Origin: Octopus sinensis
Lineage: Eukaryota
Length of the DNA: 64,000 bases
Assembly: GCF_006345805.1 (NCBI RefSeq)
Contig: NC_043014.1
Span: 7,564,001 to 7,628,000, forward strand
Direction of reading: 5' to 3'
Position 1 is the stretch's first letter. Every line of letters begins with the position of its first letter. Shown in pieces: positions 25,534 through 38,459 of this stretch. Both the position numbers and the translations under genes were made by a program. The notes under the pieces are model-generated. The model was not told where the DNA came from and ran no database searches. It worked only from the letters and a program-made list of their open reading frames with translations.

Positions 25534-26060
25534 TAGTGGTGTTAGTTGAAGTGGTGGAAGTTGCCAGCAACGAAAATAGTAGAGCCTGCTACAATTGCTT
25601 ATGACTATCATGGACATAGTAAGATTAACCATAGCATAGTGGTGAGGAGTGGCAGTTGTGGTTATGGTGATGGTGGTGGTTGTGGTGGTGGTGGTGGTCG
25701 TTGCAGTGGTGTTGGTTGTGTTGGTGGTGGTGGTGAGGAGTGGCAGTGGTGATGATGTTGGTGTTTGTGGTGGTGGTGGTGGTCGTTGCAGTGGTGTTGG
25801 TTGTGCTGGTGGTGGTGGTGAGGAGTGGCAGTGGTGATGATGATGGTGGTTGTGGTGGTCATTGCAGTGGTGGTGGTGGTGAGGAGTGGCAGTGGTGATG
25901 ATGATGGTGATTGTGGTGGTGGTCGTTGCAGTGGTGTTGGTTGTGTTGATGGTGAGGAGTGGCAGTGGTGATGATGGTGGTTGCGGTGCTGGTGATAATG
26001 TTGGTGGTTGTGGTGCTGGTTGTGGTGCTGGTTGTAGTGGTGGTGGCAGTCGAACTGGTG
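25441..26060. repeat. (TAG)n plus GGT-rich cryptic minisatellite
   Basis: The motif ggtggtgaggagtggcagtggtgatgatg recurs about five times. Confidence 0.8.
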
Positions 26061-26114
26061 TTGTTCTTGGCAACAGAAGTAGTGGTCAGTTGATGCAGAA
26101 TTGCTTGCTGTAAT

Positions 26115-26700
26115 ATTCTTTTCTGCTCTCGGCAAAAGGCCCGAAATTTTTGGGGAGGGAGCCAGTCAAAATAGATCTACCCCAGTATGCAACTGGTACT
26201 TAATTTATCGACCCCGAAAGGATGAAAGGCAACGTCGACTTCGGCGGAATTTGAACTCAGAATGTAAAGACAGACGAAATACCTATTTCTTTACTACCCA
26301 CAAGGGGCTAAACACAGAGGGGACAAACAAGGACAGGCAAAGGGATTAAGCCGATTATATCGACCCCAGTGCATAACTGGTACTTAATTTATCGACCTCG
26401 AAAGGATGAAAGGCAAAGTCGACCTCGGAGGAATTTGAACTCAGAACGTAATGGCAGACGAAACACCTATTTCTTTATTACCCACAAGGGGCTAAACACA
26501 GAGGGGACAAACAAGGACAGGCAAAGGGATTAAGTTGATTATATCGACCCCAGTGCATAACTGGTTCTTAATTTATCACCCCGAAAGGATGAAAGGCAAA
26601 GTCGACCTCGGCGGAATTTGAACTCAGAACGTAACGGCAGACGAAATACCGCTAAGCATATCGTCCGGCGAGCTAACGGTTCTGCCAGCTCGCCGCCTTA
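26115..26700 (-). mobile_element. SINE family E, tandem multimer (183-184-bp period)
   Basis: The anchor cagacgaa occurs at 26271, 26455 and 26638, with a single head (aaggcggcgagctggcag) at the right end. Confidence 0.8.
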
Positions 26701-27069
26701 GTGATATTAATGGTGGTATGATAGTTGAAATGACAGCGGTGGTAGTAGTTGAAGTGGTATCATTCTTGGCTGTATAAATAGTAGTGACTGCTAAGTGCCA
26801 TTCAAGGTAATTGTGGTGGTGGTGGTGGTGATAGTAGTAGTAGTAGTATAATTGTGGTTGTCATAGTAATCATAATAATAATAGTATACTAGTAGTTGTA
26901 GTAGTAGTAGTAATATAGTTGTAGTAGTAGTAGTAGTAGCAGCAGCAGCACAGGTGGCAGACTTGATGTCAGTATCATTAGTTGTGATGACAACATGACT
27001 AATACTGATGACATCATCATCATCATCATCATCATCAGCAGCAGCAGTTGGCAGGCTTGTTTTATTACT

Positions 27070-27102
<33 letters not shown>

Positions 27103-27200
27103 TAATTATATATGTGTGTGTGTGTGTGTCTGTGTGTAGTTTTTTTCTTTTCAATAGTTAATGATGGGGCAGTGCCCAATCCGATTAGGACACACACACA

Positions 27201-27232
<32 letters not shown>

Positions 27233-28195
27233 ACATGGCTCTGAGGTAAGAATCTTGCTTCCCAACCGCATGGTTCCGGGTTCAGTCCCACTGCGTGGCA
27301 CCTTGGGCAAGTGTCTTCTACTATAGCCTCGGGCTGACCAAAGCCTTGTCAGTGGATTTTGTAGGTGGAAACTGAGAGAATCCCATTGTGTTTGTGCGTG
27401 TGTGTATGTACATATACTATATACATGTATGTATGTATATATGTGCCTGTGTGTGTATGTGCGTATGTGTATGTGTGTATTTCTGTGTGTTGCCTTTAAC
27501 AACTAATCTTGGTGTGTTCATGTTCTTGAAACTTAGCGGACTGACAAAAGAGACCGACGGAATAAGTACTAGGCTCACAAAGAGTAAGTCCTAGGGTTGC
27601 TTTGTATGACTAAAGGTGGTGCTCCAGCATGACCACAGTCAAATGACTGAACAAGTAAAAGAATAAAAGAATATATATATATATAGGCGCAGGAGTGGCT
27701 GTGTGGTAAGTAGCTTGTTTACCAACCACATGGTTCCGAGTTCAGTCCCACTGCGTGGCACCTTGAGCAAGTGTCTTCTGCTATAGCCTTGAGCTGACCA
27801 AAGCGTTGTGAATGGATTTGGTAGACAGAAACTGAAGGAAGCCCGTCGTGTGTATATATGTATATATTATATATAATATATAATATATATAATATACATA
27901 TGTAAATCCACTCACAAGGCTATAGTAGAAGACACTTGCCCAAGGTGCCACGCAGTGGGACTGAACCCAGAACCATGTGGTTGGTAAGCAAGCTACTTAC
28001 CACACAGCTAATATGCGTGTTATTAATAACACACACACATATATATATATATATATAGGTATAAGTTAGGTGTTTTATAGCCGTTAAGGGATAGATATAT
28101 CCAAAGGCACTCCTGGTGATTACCTCAGTGGGTATATTTCTTGGTAAAAGGTATACGGCAGCTGGTAATAAAGCAGGTAAACCGTAGTTTAATTT

Positions 28196-28402
28196 ATATA
28201 GACAAGAAGAAAATGGAGGAAAAATAACAAAGAGAAGTGTGTCTTTTGTGCTAGTAAGCCATTATTTAATTAGTAGATAAAGGTGAGAGTGAAGTTGTTT
28301 ACGATCACTCTCACCTTTATTTACTAATTAAATAATGGTTTACTAGTGCAAAAGACACGCTTCTCTTTGTAATGTTTCCTCCATTTTCTTCTTGGTCTAT
28401 AT
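28196..28402. repeat. Inverted repeat (~97-bp arms, 12-bp loop)
   Basis: 28196-28292 pairs with 28305-28402. Confidence 0.9.
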
Positions 28403-28447
28403 ATATATATAATTAATATATAGATATATATATATATATATATATAT

Positions 28448-28848
28448 ACTCTTTTACTCGTTTCAGTCATTTGACTGTTGGCCATGCTGGAGCACCGCCT
28501 TTAGTCGAGCAACTTGACCCCGGACTTATTCTTTTTGTAAGCCCAGTACTTATTCTATCGGTCGCTTTTTGCCGAACTGCTAAGTGACGGGGACATAAAC
28601 ACACCAGCATCTTTGTCAAGCAATGCTAGGGGAACAAACACAGACACCACAAACACACACACACATACATATATATACATATATACGACAGGCTTCTTTC
28701 AGTTTCGGCCTACCAAATCCACTCACAAGGCATTGGTCGGCCCGGGGCTATAGCAGAAGACACTTGCCCAAGATGCCACGCAGTGGGACTGACCCGAACC
28801 ATGTGGTTGGTTAGCAAGCTACTTACCACACAGCCACCTCCCTGCGCC
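28448..28848 (-). mobile_element. SINE family A, full length
   Basis: Same architecture as 211-630. Confidence 0.85.
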
Positions 28849-29298
28849 TATATATATATATATATATATATAATATTATATATAATAATATTTGAGGGGA
28901 ATATTATGCCAACTTACAACGAGGAAAAATTCAATTTAGAAATACTAAATCAAATTTCACACAATATAAAATATTAGAAAATATTAGAAAAAAACCATCT
29001 TCTATCATTTCAAAATGAATAATTAAATTACACCATCTAGAAAATTACATATAATAGAAATATTAAAATTAAAATAAAAATAATAATATACCGATGATTA
29101 AGTAAATTGCAAATTAATAATAAAAACGTATATATTTGGTAGAATAACGACACGTGTTTCGTGATTTTTTTAAAGAAATGATTATATATATATATATAAT
29201 ATATATATAGTTAATCCTAACAAGAAAGCACAAAAAAAACACAACAACGCGAGGACGTGGAACAAATATAGTATTATTGGACGCACAGGAAAGAAGGA

Positions 29299-29337
29299 AT
29301 GTTTAACGTTTCGAGCGGAGCTCTTCGTCAGAAACAT
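29299..29337 (-). ncRNA. Minimal type I hammerhead ribozyme motif in a Penelope-like end (29215-29410)
   Basis: Minus strand AUGUUU-CUGACGA-A-GAGC(UCC)GCUC-GAAA-CGUU-AAACAU has an intact core, stem I, stem II and a palindromic ACGU stem III. Confidence 0.7.
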
Positions 29338-30160
29338 AGGAGAAGGAAAGGCCTAGAGAAGGGAAGACAGAGGAAAAAAAAATCGCCAACAGTACACACG
29401 CAGTCATATTTTGATGACTGAAGGAAATATATATATATTATATATAGGATATATATATATATACACATATATATTAGTACACACACACACCATATATATA
29501 TAAATATATCATATTCTATATATATATATATAGTGACTTCAACGTTTTGGCCAGTCAACTCATCATCAGCCACTGGGACACTTGAATTCATCTTGACCGC
29601 ATACAGTCTCTGTTAAGATAACACTTTCTGAAATAAGTCAAGCTCTGTTGAATGATAATTAGGTTGCATGGTAAGTTGTGATGGAGAGGTGTTATGGAGA
29701 ATTTTTATTGATTAAATTTGGGGTTGTGCTATTGTTTAGAATTTATTCAGGCTTGTAGAACTTTGTAATCGAATGAGTCTATTTAAGTGTGTCAGCTTCA
29801 GGTCATGTTCATTTTAGTTTTTTAAAACAATGTAAGTAGATAGAAGGGTTTAGTTGGTCAGCAGACATATCACTAGGTTTAGTTGTTGGTTTTATATGGA
29901 TATTAATGAGAGATTTGACTATTTGTTTTGGGAATGTGAAAGTTGAAGTTCAATCCAGCATTTAAATTTTTGGTATTAAATTTGGGTTTAGACTCAGCAT
30001 GTGGCACCTTGGACAAATGTTTTCAACTGTAGCACCAGGCCAATCAAAGCCTCCTCTCATTTATTCATTCATACACACAAACACACACACAAGTTTACTT
30101 TTCCATTAAAAGTACCTCATCTGACAAGAGATAAATCATTTGATATGCATAGTATATAGT

Positions 30161-30500
30161 GAAGGTACATGGCTCAGTGGTGAGAGTGTCGAACTTACAA
30201 TCATGAGGTTGTGAGTTCGAATCCCGGACCAGGCTGCATGTTATTTTCTTCAGCAAGACACTTTATTTCACGTTGCTCCAGTTCACTCAGCTGTAGAAAA
30301 GAGTTGCGACGTCACAGGTGCCAAGCTGTTATCGGCCCCTTTGTCTTTCCTTGGATAACACTGGTGGCGTGGAGAGGAGAGGCTGGTATGCATGGGCGAC
30401 TGCTGGTCTTCCATAAACAACCTTGCCCGGACTTGTGAATGGGAGGGTAACTTTCTAGGTGCAATCCCATGGTTTGTGTCGTAACTGAAGGGGGTCCCTG
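30161..30500 (+). mobile_element. tRNA-derived SINE family D
   Basis: Head ggctcagtggtgagag...gagttcgaatccc; related copies at 18488-18830 and 47190-47526. Confidence 0.8.
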
Positions 30501-30636
30501 ATATAGTTATGAGCCATTAACAGTTTCATATATAGAAAATTTTATTTAGGCAAGTTTTAAAACAGCTAGTGTTTCTAGAGCCTGAAGATTACTTGGAGAC
30601 ACTAGACATGTTTTAAAACCTATCAAGGTAAAAATC

Positions 30637-30667
<31 letters not shown>

Positions 30668-31214
30668 CACACACACACATGCACACACATGCACGTGTAT
30701 GCATGTGTCTGAGTGGCTTCTGGTTTTGATTGCACACACTACTCACAAACAGACATCATTGTTCTATAAGTGGTGTTATTTGCTTGCAAACGTCCCTAAA
30801 ATTATATTTTGTCTTGAGGACGAGTCGGTCAAGCATGACCTCTGTACGTTGAGCCTCACAGAGGCTATGATGAAAGACCGAGACCTCTGGAGATATGCTG
30901 TGACTTTGAAGACCCGAAAAACGAAGTGAGTTTATGGGTTGCAGGACAGCCTGCTGTGCTTGAGGAGACCTATTATGTCAAGTTCATCAACATCAAAATA
31001 AAAATCGTATGTTGTGATACCCGTGCTGGTGGCACGTAGGGCCTCACAGAGGAAATGACGAAATACCGAGACCCTTGAGATATGCTGTGACTGTGAAGAC
31101 CCGACAAATGAAGTGAGTTCATGGCTCGCAGGATGGCCTGCTGTGCTAACCTTGGATCGTAGAGTGACCCGCTGTTCTTGAAGAGACCTATTGAGTCAAG
31201 TACGTTAACACCAA

Positions 31215-31572
31215 CATCAAAATGAAAATCAAATGGAAATTGTAGTTAAGATACCTATGTGCCGGTGACACGTAAAAAGCACCGTCTGAATGTGGCAGAC
31301 GCCAGCGCTGCCTGACTGGTGTCCATGTCGGTTACACGTAAAAGTACCAATCGATCGTGGCTGTTTGCCAGCCTCCCCTGGACCCTGTGCCGGTGGCACG
31401 TAAAAAACACCCAGTACACTCATGGAGTGGTTGGTGTTAGGAAGAGCATCCAGCTGTAGAAACACTGCCAGATCAGACTGAAGCCTGGTGCAGCCTTCAT
31501 GGCTTCCCAGACCCCGGTTGAACCGTCCAACCCATGCTAGCATGGGAAGCGGATGTTGAATGATGATGATGA
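31215..31572 (+). mobile_element. RTE 3'UTR copy
   Basis: Same modules and tail; additional ORF2-end fragments lie at 30806-31200. Confidence 0.75.
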
Positions 31573-31664
31573 TAACCCTTTGCTGAGAAACAGGTAATGG
31601 TTGGCAACAGGAAAAGCATCCACCCAAGAAAACCCACTTTGGTGACCTATGCAAGCATTCTTTT

Positions 31665-31882
31665 ATTCTTTTTCTTTTACTCGTTTCAGTCATTTGACTG
31701 TGACCATGCTGGAGCACCGCCTCTAGTCGAGCAAATCGACTCCAGGACTTATTCTTTGTAAACCTAGTACTTATTCTATCGGTCTTCTTTTGCTGAACCA
31801 CTAAGTATGGGGACATAAACACACCAGCATTGTTTGTCAAGCGATGTTGGGGGACCAACACAGACGCATATACACACACACT

Positions 31883-31925
<43 letters not shown>

Positions 31926-32102
31926 TATATATACATATATTACGGGCTTCTTCCAGTTTCCGTTCACCAAATCCAATCACAAGGTTTTGGTCGGCCCGAG
32001 GCTACAGTAGAAGACACTTGCCCAAGGTGCCACGCAGTGGGACTGAACCCAGAACCATGTGGTTGGGAAGCAAGCTACTTACCGCACAGCCACTCCTGCG
32101 CC
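31665..32102 (-). mobile_element. SINE family A, full length
   Basis: Same architecture as 211-630. Confidence 0.85.
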
Positions 32103-32788
32103 TGGAAAAATAAACATTATAACAATGCTGATAATATTGACGATGAAAATGCCTTCGACCCAAGAACTTTGCATTATTGAAAATGGTAATTTGTTGGATT
32201 ATTCTTTGGGGAAAAATTACTGGAGTTGATTTGTTTGATTAAAACCCTTCATGCCAGTGCCCCAGCATGGCCTCAGTCCAACACCATGTTGAAGAAAGAA
32301 GTATTAATTAGGTGGAGGCAAACTCTGATTAGTAGTTTTAATTGATTAAGAATGGAGTGAAGTAGAAGAACAAAGAATGTGAGAATCATGTTGGGTGATG
32401 CTCGTGAGGTGTGATTCTGGTATTTGTCCAGTTTGAGGAAAAAAACCTTTTCTAAAGCGTGATGGCCATGCGAATGGAAAAAAAAATCTCAATTAATTAT
32501 TCAGAGACAAATAAGCAAATATAAATTAAAAAACAACAAAAAAAGTGAAAGAAAAAAGCGTAATGGTAATTGCCAGTTATTTTTGGAAGAGAAACTTGTG
32601 AATGACGATGATGAAGTGTGTGTGTATATACACACATTGTATATGTGTATGTGTGTATATGCGTATATATATATATATATATGTATATGTGCGCGTGTAT
32701 ATATGCATATATATATATGTATATGTGTGTGTGTATATGTGTTAATAAGGTACTCAATACATAGCAGAGTAAATTAATTTATTCTATA

Positions 32789-32891
32789 AGGAGCTTCTAC
32801 AGGACTAGAACTGTTTCATTCAAAAGAAATCATCAGGAGCTTCCTGATGATTTCTTTTGAATGAAACAGTTCTAGTCCTGTAGAAGCTCCT
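32789..32891. repeat. Palindrome with 50-bp arms and 3-nt loop; third arm copy at 33082-33150
   Basis: The arms are exact reverse complements around gct at 32839-32841. Confidence 0.9.
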
Positions 32892-33299
32892 TCTATAAAA
32901 TAAATATATATATTATGTATATATGTGTGTGCATATAAATATGTACATATATATATATGTGTGTGTGTGGTGTGTATGTATGTATATATGCATTTTTTTT
33001 GTATATATATATATACATATTTATATGCACACACATATATACGTATTATATATATATATATATACACATATATATGTATCGATTTCTTTTGAATGAAACA
33101 GTTCTAGTCCTGTAGAAGCTCCTTCTATAAATAAATTAATTTATCTGCTATATATATATATTATTATATATATACCACACACACATATATATACGTATAT
33201 ATATATGTATATATATATATATAATATATAATATTATATATATATATCTATATATGCGTAAGTATGACACATAAGAGGTGCAGCAATGTCAACGGTAGG

Positions 33300-34750
33300 C
33301 TAACTGGGAAGATAGTTTTTGTATGTGGCAGATCTCGGGAGCATTAACCTCCGAAAATCTGCAGAAAACACTTCCGTACTTTCCAGGTGGAAAAACTAGA
33401 AGTAGTTGATAGCTTCCGTATCTAGGTGACCAAGTCTAGTGGGGTGGGGGCGCTGAAAGTGTAACTGCTAGAATAAGAATAGCCTGGGCAAAGTAGGGAG
33501 CTCTTACCTCTGCTGGTGACTAAAAGGGCCTCTCGTCAGAGTAAAAAGGCGACTGTATGATGCTTTGTACGAACAGCCATGCTACATGGCAGCGAAACAT
33601 TGGCGTGACTGCTGAGGACATGCGTAAGCTCGTGAGGATGAAGCCAGTATGCTCCGAGGATGTGTAATGTCAGTGTACATACTCGACAGAGCGTTAGCAC
33701 CTTGAAGAAATGTTGTACCTATAAGCATCAGTTGTGTGTGCAGAGAGACGATTGCGCTGTATGGTCTGTGGCGAGAATGGATGAAGATAGGTGTGTGAAA
33801 GTGCCAATCCCCTAGCAGTTGAGGGAACCGGGAAGAGGTAGAACCCAGGAAAACCTGGGACGAGGTGGTGAAGCACGACCTTCGCACTTTAGCCTCGGAG
33901 GAAATGACCAGAGACCGAGACCTTGGAATATTTGTACGTGAGAAGACCAGCAGGACAAGTAGCCCAGCCCACTTATGAATGCTTTTCCTCCCTTGGACAC
34001 AAAGCCGGTTGAGGCAAGCGAAGTCGATATAGAACCTCATCCACGACAGACCACCCTCCAACCCCCCATGCTTATGAAGACATGTTGGGCGCGCAATCGA
34101 AATCGAAATCGAAACCGAATTGGACCAGCCAGGATCCCTGGCCTGTTGTCGTAAAAGCACTATCCGACTCGGGGCCGTTGCACGTAAATACTCAATGCGA
34201 CCGTACGACAGGCACCCAGCCCCCCTTTGCTTGTGAAGACATGTTGGGGCAAGCGATCGAAATCGAATTGAACCAGCCAGGATCCCTGGTCTGGTGGTAC
34301 GTACAAAGCACTATCCTACTCGTGGCAGTGGCACGTAAAATCTCCAATGCGACCGTACGACAGGCACCCTTGCCAACCCCCTTTGCTTGTGAAGACTGTT
34401 GGGGCAGCGAAATCGAAATCGAATTGAACCAGCCATGATCCCTGGTCGGGTGGTACGTAAAAAGCACTATCCGACTCGTGGCCGATGCCAGCCCGCCTCG
34501 ACTGGCTTCCGTGCCGGTGGCACATAAAAAACACCAATTGACGTGGCGTTGCAGCCCCGCCTGGCACCTGTGCAGGTGGCACTAAAGCACCCACTACACT
34601 CACGGGTGGTTGGCGTTAGGAAGGGCATCCAGCTGTAAACACATTGCCAAATAGACTGAGCCTGGGCAGCCTTCTGGCTTCCTCCCAGAACCCGGTCGAA
34701 CCGTCCAACCCATGCTAGCATGGAGAACGACGTTAAACGACGATGATGAT
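33300..34750 (+). mobile_element. RTE-clade LINE, 3' part (RT C-terminus plus long 3'UTR and (GAT)n tail), heavily frameshifted
   Basis: Piecewise translation gives EKLEVVDSFR, TARIRIAWAK, AMLHGSET and PRKTWDEVVKHDLRTL. The 3'UTR ends ...gacgttaaacgacgatgatgat. Confidence 0.85.
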
Positions 34751-34937
34751 GATAGATGCCAGACACACACACTATATATATTAGATAGATATATAGATAG
34801 ATGAAACGAGAATATATTAAATACCATACAAGATTTGAGTTCTGATTAACTGAGATTATCTCCGTTTTCAGAGAAGGTAGAACAACTGCTTGAACGTAGT
34901 TGGGATCATCTCCAATTTATATATGTATTTATAGCTA

Positions 34938-35100
34938 GGCACAGGAGTGGCTGCGTGGTAAGTAGCTTGCTTACCAACCATATGGTTCTGGGTTCGGTCC
35001 CACTGCGTTGCTCCTTGGGCAAGTGTATTCTACTATAGCCTTAGGTTGACCATAGCCTTGTGAGTGGATTTGGTAGATGGAAACTGAAAGAAGCCCATCG

Positions 35101-35132
<32 letters not shown>

Positions 35133-35360
35133 CTGTATGTATATGTTTGTGTGTCTGTTTGTTCCCCCAACATCGCTTGACAACCGATGCTGGTGTATTT
35201 ACATCCCCGTAACTTAGCGGTTCGGCAAAAAGAGACTGATAGAATAAGTACTAGGCTTACAAAGAATAAGTCCCGGGGTCGATTTGCTCGACTAAAAGGG
35301 TGGTGCTCCAGCATGACCACAGTCAAATGACTGAAACAAGTAAAAGAGTAAAGTAAAAGA
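34938..35360 (+). mobile_element. SINE family A, full length
   Basis: Same architecture as 211-630. Confidence 0.85.
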
Positions 35361-35510
35361 GTATATATACATTTATGAAACCCTTCGATTACTATTTTAT
35401 ACTGGTGGACCCCTATAGCCATTCTATGTCTAAAAAACTAATTTTATAGAAACGTCTACCAAAACTCCTATTTTGATTTTCACACATTGTGTAAATTGAA
35501 TTATTTAAAA

Positions 35511-35897
35511 CTAGCAGTATCGCCCGGCGTTGCTCGGGTTTGTAAGGGAAATAACTATATAAGCATTTTTAGAGAGTTATAGCCAAAAAATAGCAAAAAA
35601 ATGGAAAAAAAAATATGGTAAATTTTTTTTTTAATCGTAGACTCATCGTAGACGGTTTTAGAGAGTTACTTCCCTTATATAATAGTGAAAAAATGCATTA
35701 AAATGGAAAAAAATGATGGTAAATTATTTTTAAAATCGTAGACTCATCGTAGACGCGCGCTAATACCCAGAAGGGCTCGATATGAATCACGACTATAAGA
35801 TACCCGGTTTTGGTTAAACTGCACCACAAAAAGTGGGAATAGTTAGGAATCTAAATCGTAGGAGACAGACACACAACTTCACTTTTATATATAAAGA
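35511..35897 (-). mobile_element. Non-autonomous Helitron family H2
   Basis: Reverse-complement copy of 7233-7627 with TC...CTAG termini between A and T. Confidence 0.8.
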
Positions 35898-36154
35898 TGT
35901 TAAAGAAACCCAGCTGTCTTGCAATACATACCAATACATACAGCTAAAACTAAATTTGTTCAGGGGCTCTTAAAATACAATAGGGGATCCTCAGAAGCCA
36001 TATGGAACCCCGTTCCTAAACACTGATAGAGAGGGTAAATTGGCTGCTTTTTCTACTGCACCGAATGACCAAATTAAATAGACTGACGTCGTCCCGAATG
36101 AAGTAATGTCTAAAAGGAAGAATGTCCCAGCGTCGATAGCAGATGTCGAAGTAA

Positions 36155-36552
36155 TCTCTCTCTATATATATAAAGCTGAAGTTGTCTGTGTATGGCGGGT
36201 TTGGTAGCCTTCAACTAACACTATCTCCTCTGAGACCCTGCGGCGTAAGTTGACCAAAATTGAGAGTATGATAGAAGGCTTGCTCTTCCTTCCGTAGAAG
36301 AAAAAATTCAAATCGGACCACGTTAACACCAAAAATTATTTACATCAATAAGGTGCTTTTTTTTTTCTCTATGAAAATCCCTATTTTTTACGATTTTTTG
36401 ACTGCTGTGTCGCTACTTTTTGGTGTATTTCAACCAGAAAAATGTTCACTTAAAGAGAATAACAAGCTACATAATGCAAAATTTTTACTTTTCAAAAATT
36501 CCAATTCTAAAGGGTCGAAACAAACCCTAGCAATGCAGGGCTATACTGCTAG
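36155..36552 (+). mobile_element. Non-autonomous Helitron family H3
   Basis: Copy of 11738-12143 with TC...CTAG termini. Confidence 0.8.
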
Positions 36553-36779
36553 TAATGTGTAATAGAAAGAATGTCCCAGTGTTAATAGTTGATGTCAAAG
36601 TAATATATATTACATTGTGAGACATTACTTAATTCACCAACAGATGTTATATATTAAATAGCCAAGTATTATTATAATGTTTGAAGATCACGGCTATTTA
36701 GTTTATGCTGTTGCTGCTACACATAATGTGTGTATATATATATTATATATACGAGCACTGCGTATATCTATTAAACACA

Positions 36780-37190
36780 GAGACAAAGTACTGGGACAAA
36801 GTGATATGTGAGAAAGTTAGGAGGCGGGGAATAGAGAGGGAGATATGAGAGAGGGAGTGTAGAGAGATAGGGAGATATGTGAGAGGGAGTATTGAGAGAC
36901 TGGGTGGGGATAAGAAAGAGAGAGAGAGAGAGGGGGAGGGAGAGCGAGGCAGATAGAGAAATTGAGAGAAGGAGGTGGGGTTGGAGTAAGAGATGGAGAG
37001 AGCTGTGATTAGAATAAGAGAGAGAGGGGGAGAGAGGATTATGTAATAAGAGAGAGGGAGAAGAAGAGATGGTAAAAGAAACTGAGAAAGAGGGAGGAAG
37101 AGGAGGTGAAAGAGATTGAGAGGGAGGTAGAGTATGAAGGGGAAAAAGAGGTTGAGAGCCAGAGAGAGAGAGAGAGAGAGAGACTGTGTG
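36780..37190. repeat. GA-rich polypurine low-complexity tract
   Basis: Seen directly. Confidence 0.85.
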
Positions 37191-38459
37191 TGTGTGTGTG
37201 TGTGTGATAAATAGACCAAATGTTGAATAAAAGAAGGAAATAGAAATAAGGATGGGGGTTATTGGGAACAGGGGTAACAACAAACTTCGGTTTTTGAACT
37301 TAAATTTCAGGTTCGAAACTAAAACAAGCGCAAATATTTTAAACTGCGATTGTTTCCATATATTTATTGAACATTTTGAAATTGCAACAAGACTTCCGTT
37401 TAGAACAGGAAATTTAGAAAAATACAATTTCATCAGCATAATCAGTGCCTTAAACTAGCCTTTAAAAGCTTAATTCTTGCCTCTAAATTAAACGTCCCCC
37501 TAAATCCAACCCCTAAATTAACCCTTAAAATATAACCCCGAAATTAATCTTTGCCCTTAACTAAAATCTCAACCTTAACTCCAAACCCTAACCCTCTCCT
37601 TAAACCTATTTCTTTACTACCCACAAGGGGCTAAACACAGAGAGGACAAACAAGGACAGACAAACGGATTAAGTCGATTACATCGACCCCAGTGCGTAAC
37701 TGGTACTTATTTAATCGACCCCGAAAGGATGAAAGGCAAAGTCGACCCTTTCCTTAAACCACAATCCTAATCGCTACATCCTGACCCTCGGGGGTTTTAT
37801 TTCAAGATAACTTTTTTTTTAAAAAGAAAATAAGGTATATTTTGATATACAATGAGAACTCAACCCACTTATTTTCCATTTTGAAAAAAAAAAATTTTTT
37901 ATCTTTGTTCGTTTAAACCCTGGGGTAACCCATTTTGATTACAACCATCTCTGAGTGGTTTTTCATGTCGCCACTAAAATTAAATCTGTTACCAGGCAAG
38001 TACACAAGATTTCGCGCACAAAGGCCTGTTGTGACTATATTTATTTATGCTGCAGCGGTGGACTTTAGCAACAATATCTGTCAATTAATAAATGATTAGA
38101 TGGCAAAAATATGTTAGTATTTGAGGACGTGGCAGGATTCAACATATTTCGAAATTATTCAATAATGAAAATATTACAGAACATATTTTCGTGTTTTTCT
38201 ATTTCTTTTACAACTATAAAATAGGACTTGACGCTTTGGTTTATTTGATAAAGTTGTCGAATATGTATATGAACGAACTTCAGTTATAGGGACCACATAG
38301 AAATATGCTAAAAGTCCCCAATGCCTAGATGAATTCTGAAGTTTTACTGTTTAAAAAATATACCGTAAAACGATGGGCCCTAATGGTCCCAGGCTTCCTC
38401 CGTTAGCGCATAAAGTATTATTTAATACTACACATGTGGAATCCCCGAATTATTCTTTT

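Noticed and set aside
25471-26135. Pro/Thr/His-rich 157-200 aa ORFs
   Set aside because: Low-complexity trinucleotide minisatellite with no splice or homology support.
36743-37439. 158 and 222 aa Leu/Ser-rich ORFs
   Set aside because: Translation of the GA-rich low-complexity tract.
37580-37600. Telomere-like ccctaaccct motifs (also near 39950, 40925)
   Set aside because: Only one or two units, inside DNA-element bodies; not telomeric arrays.
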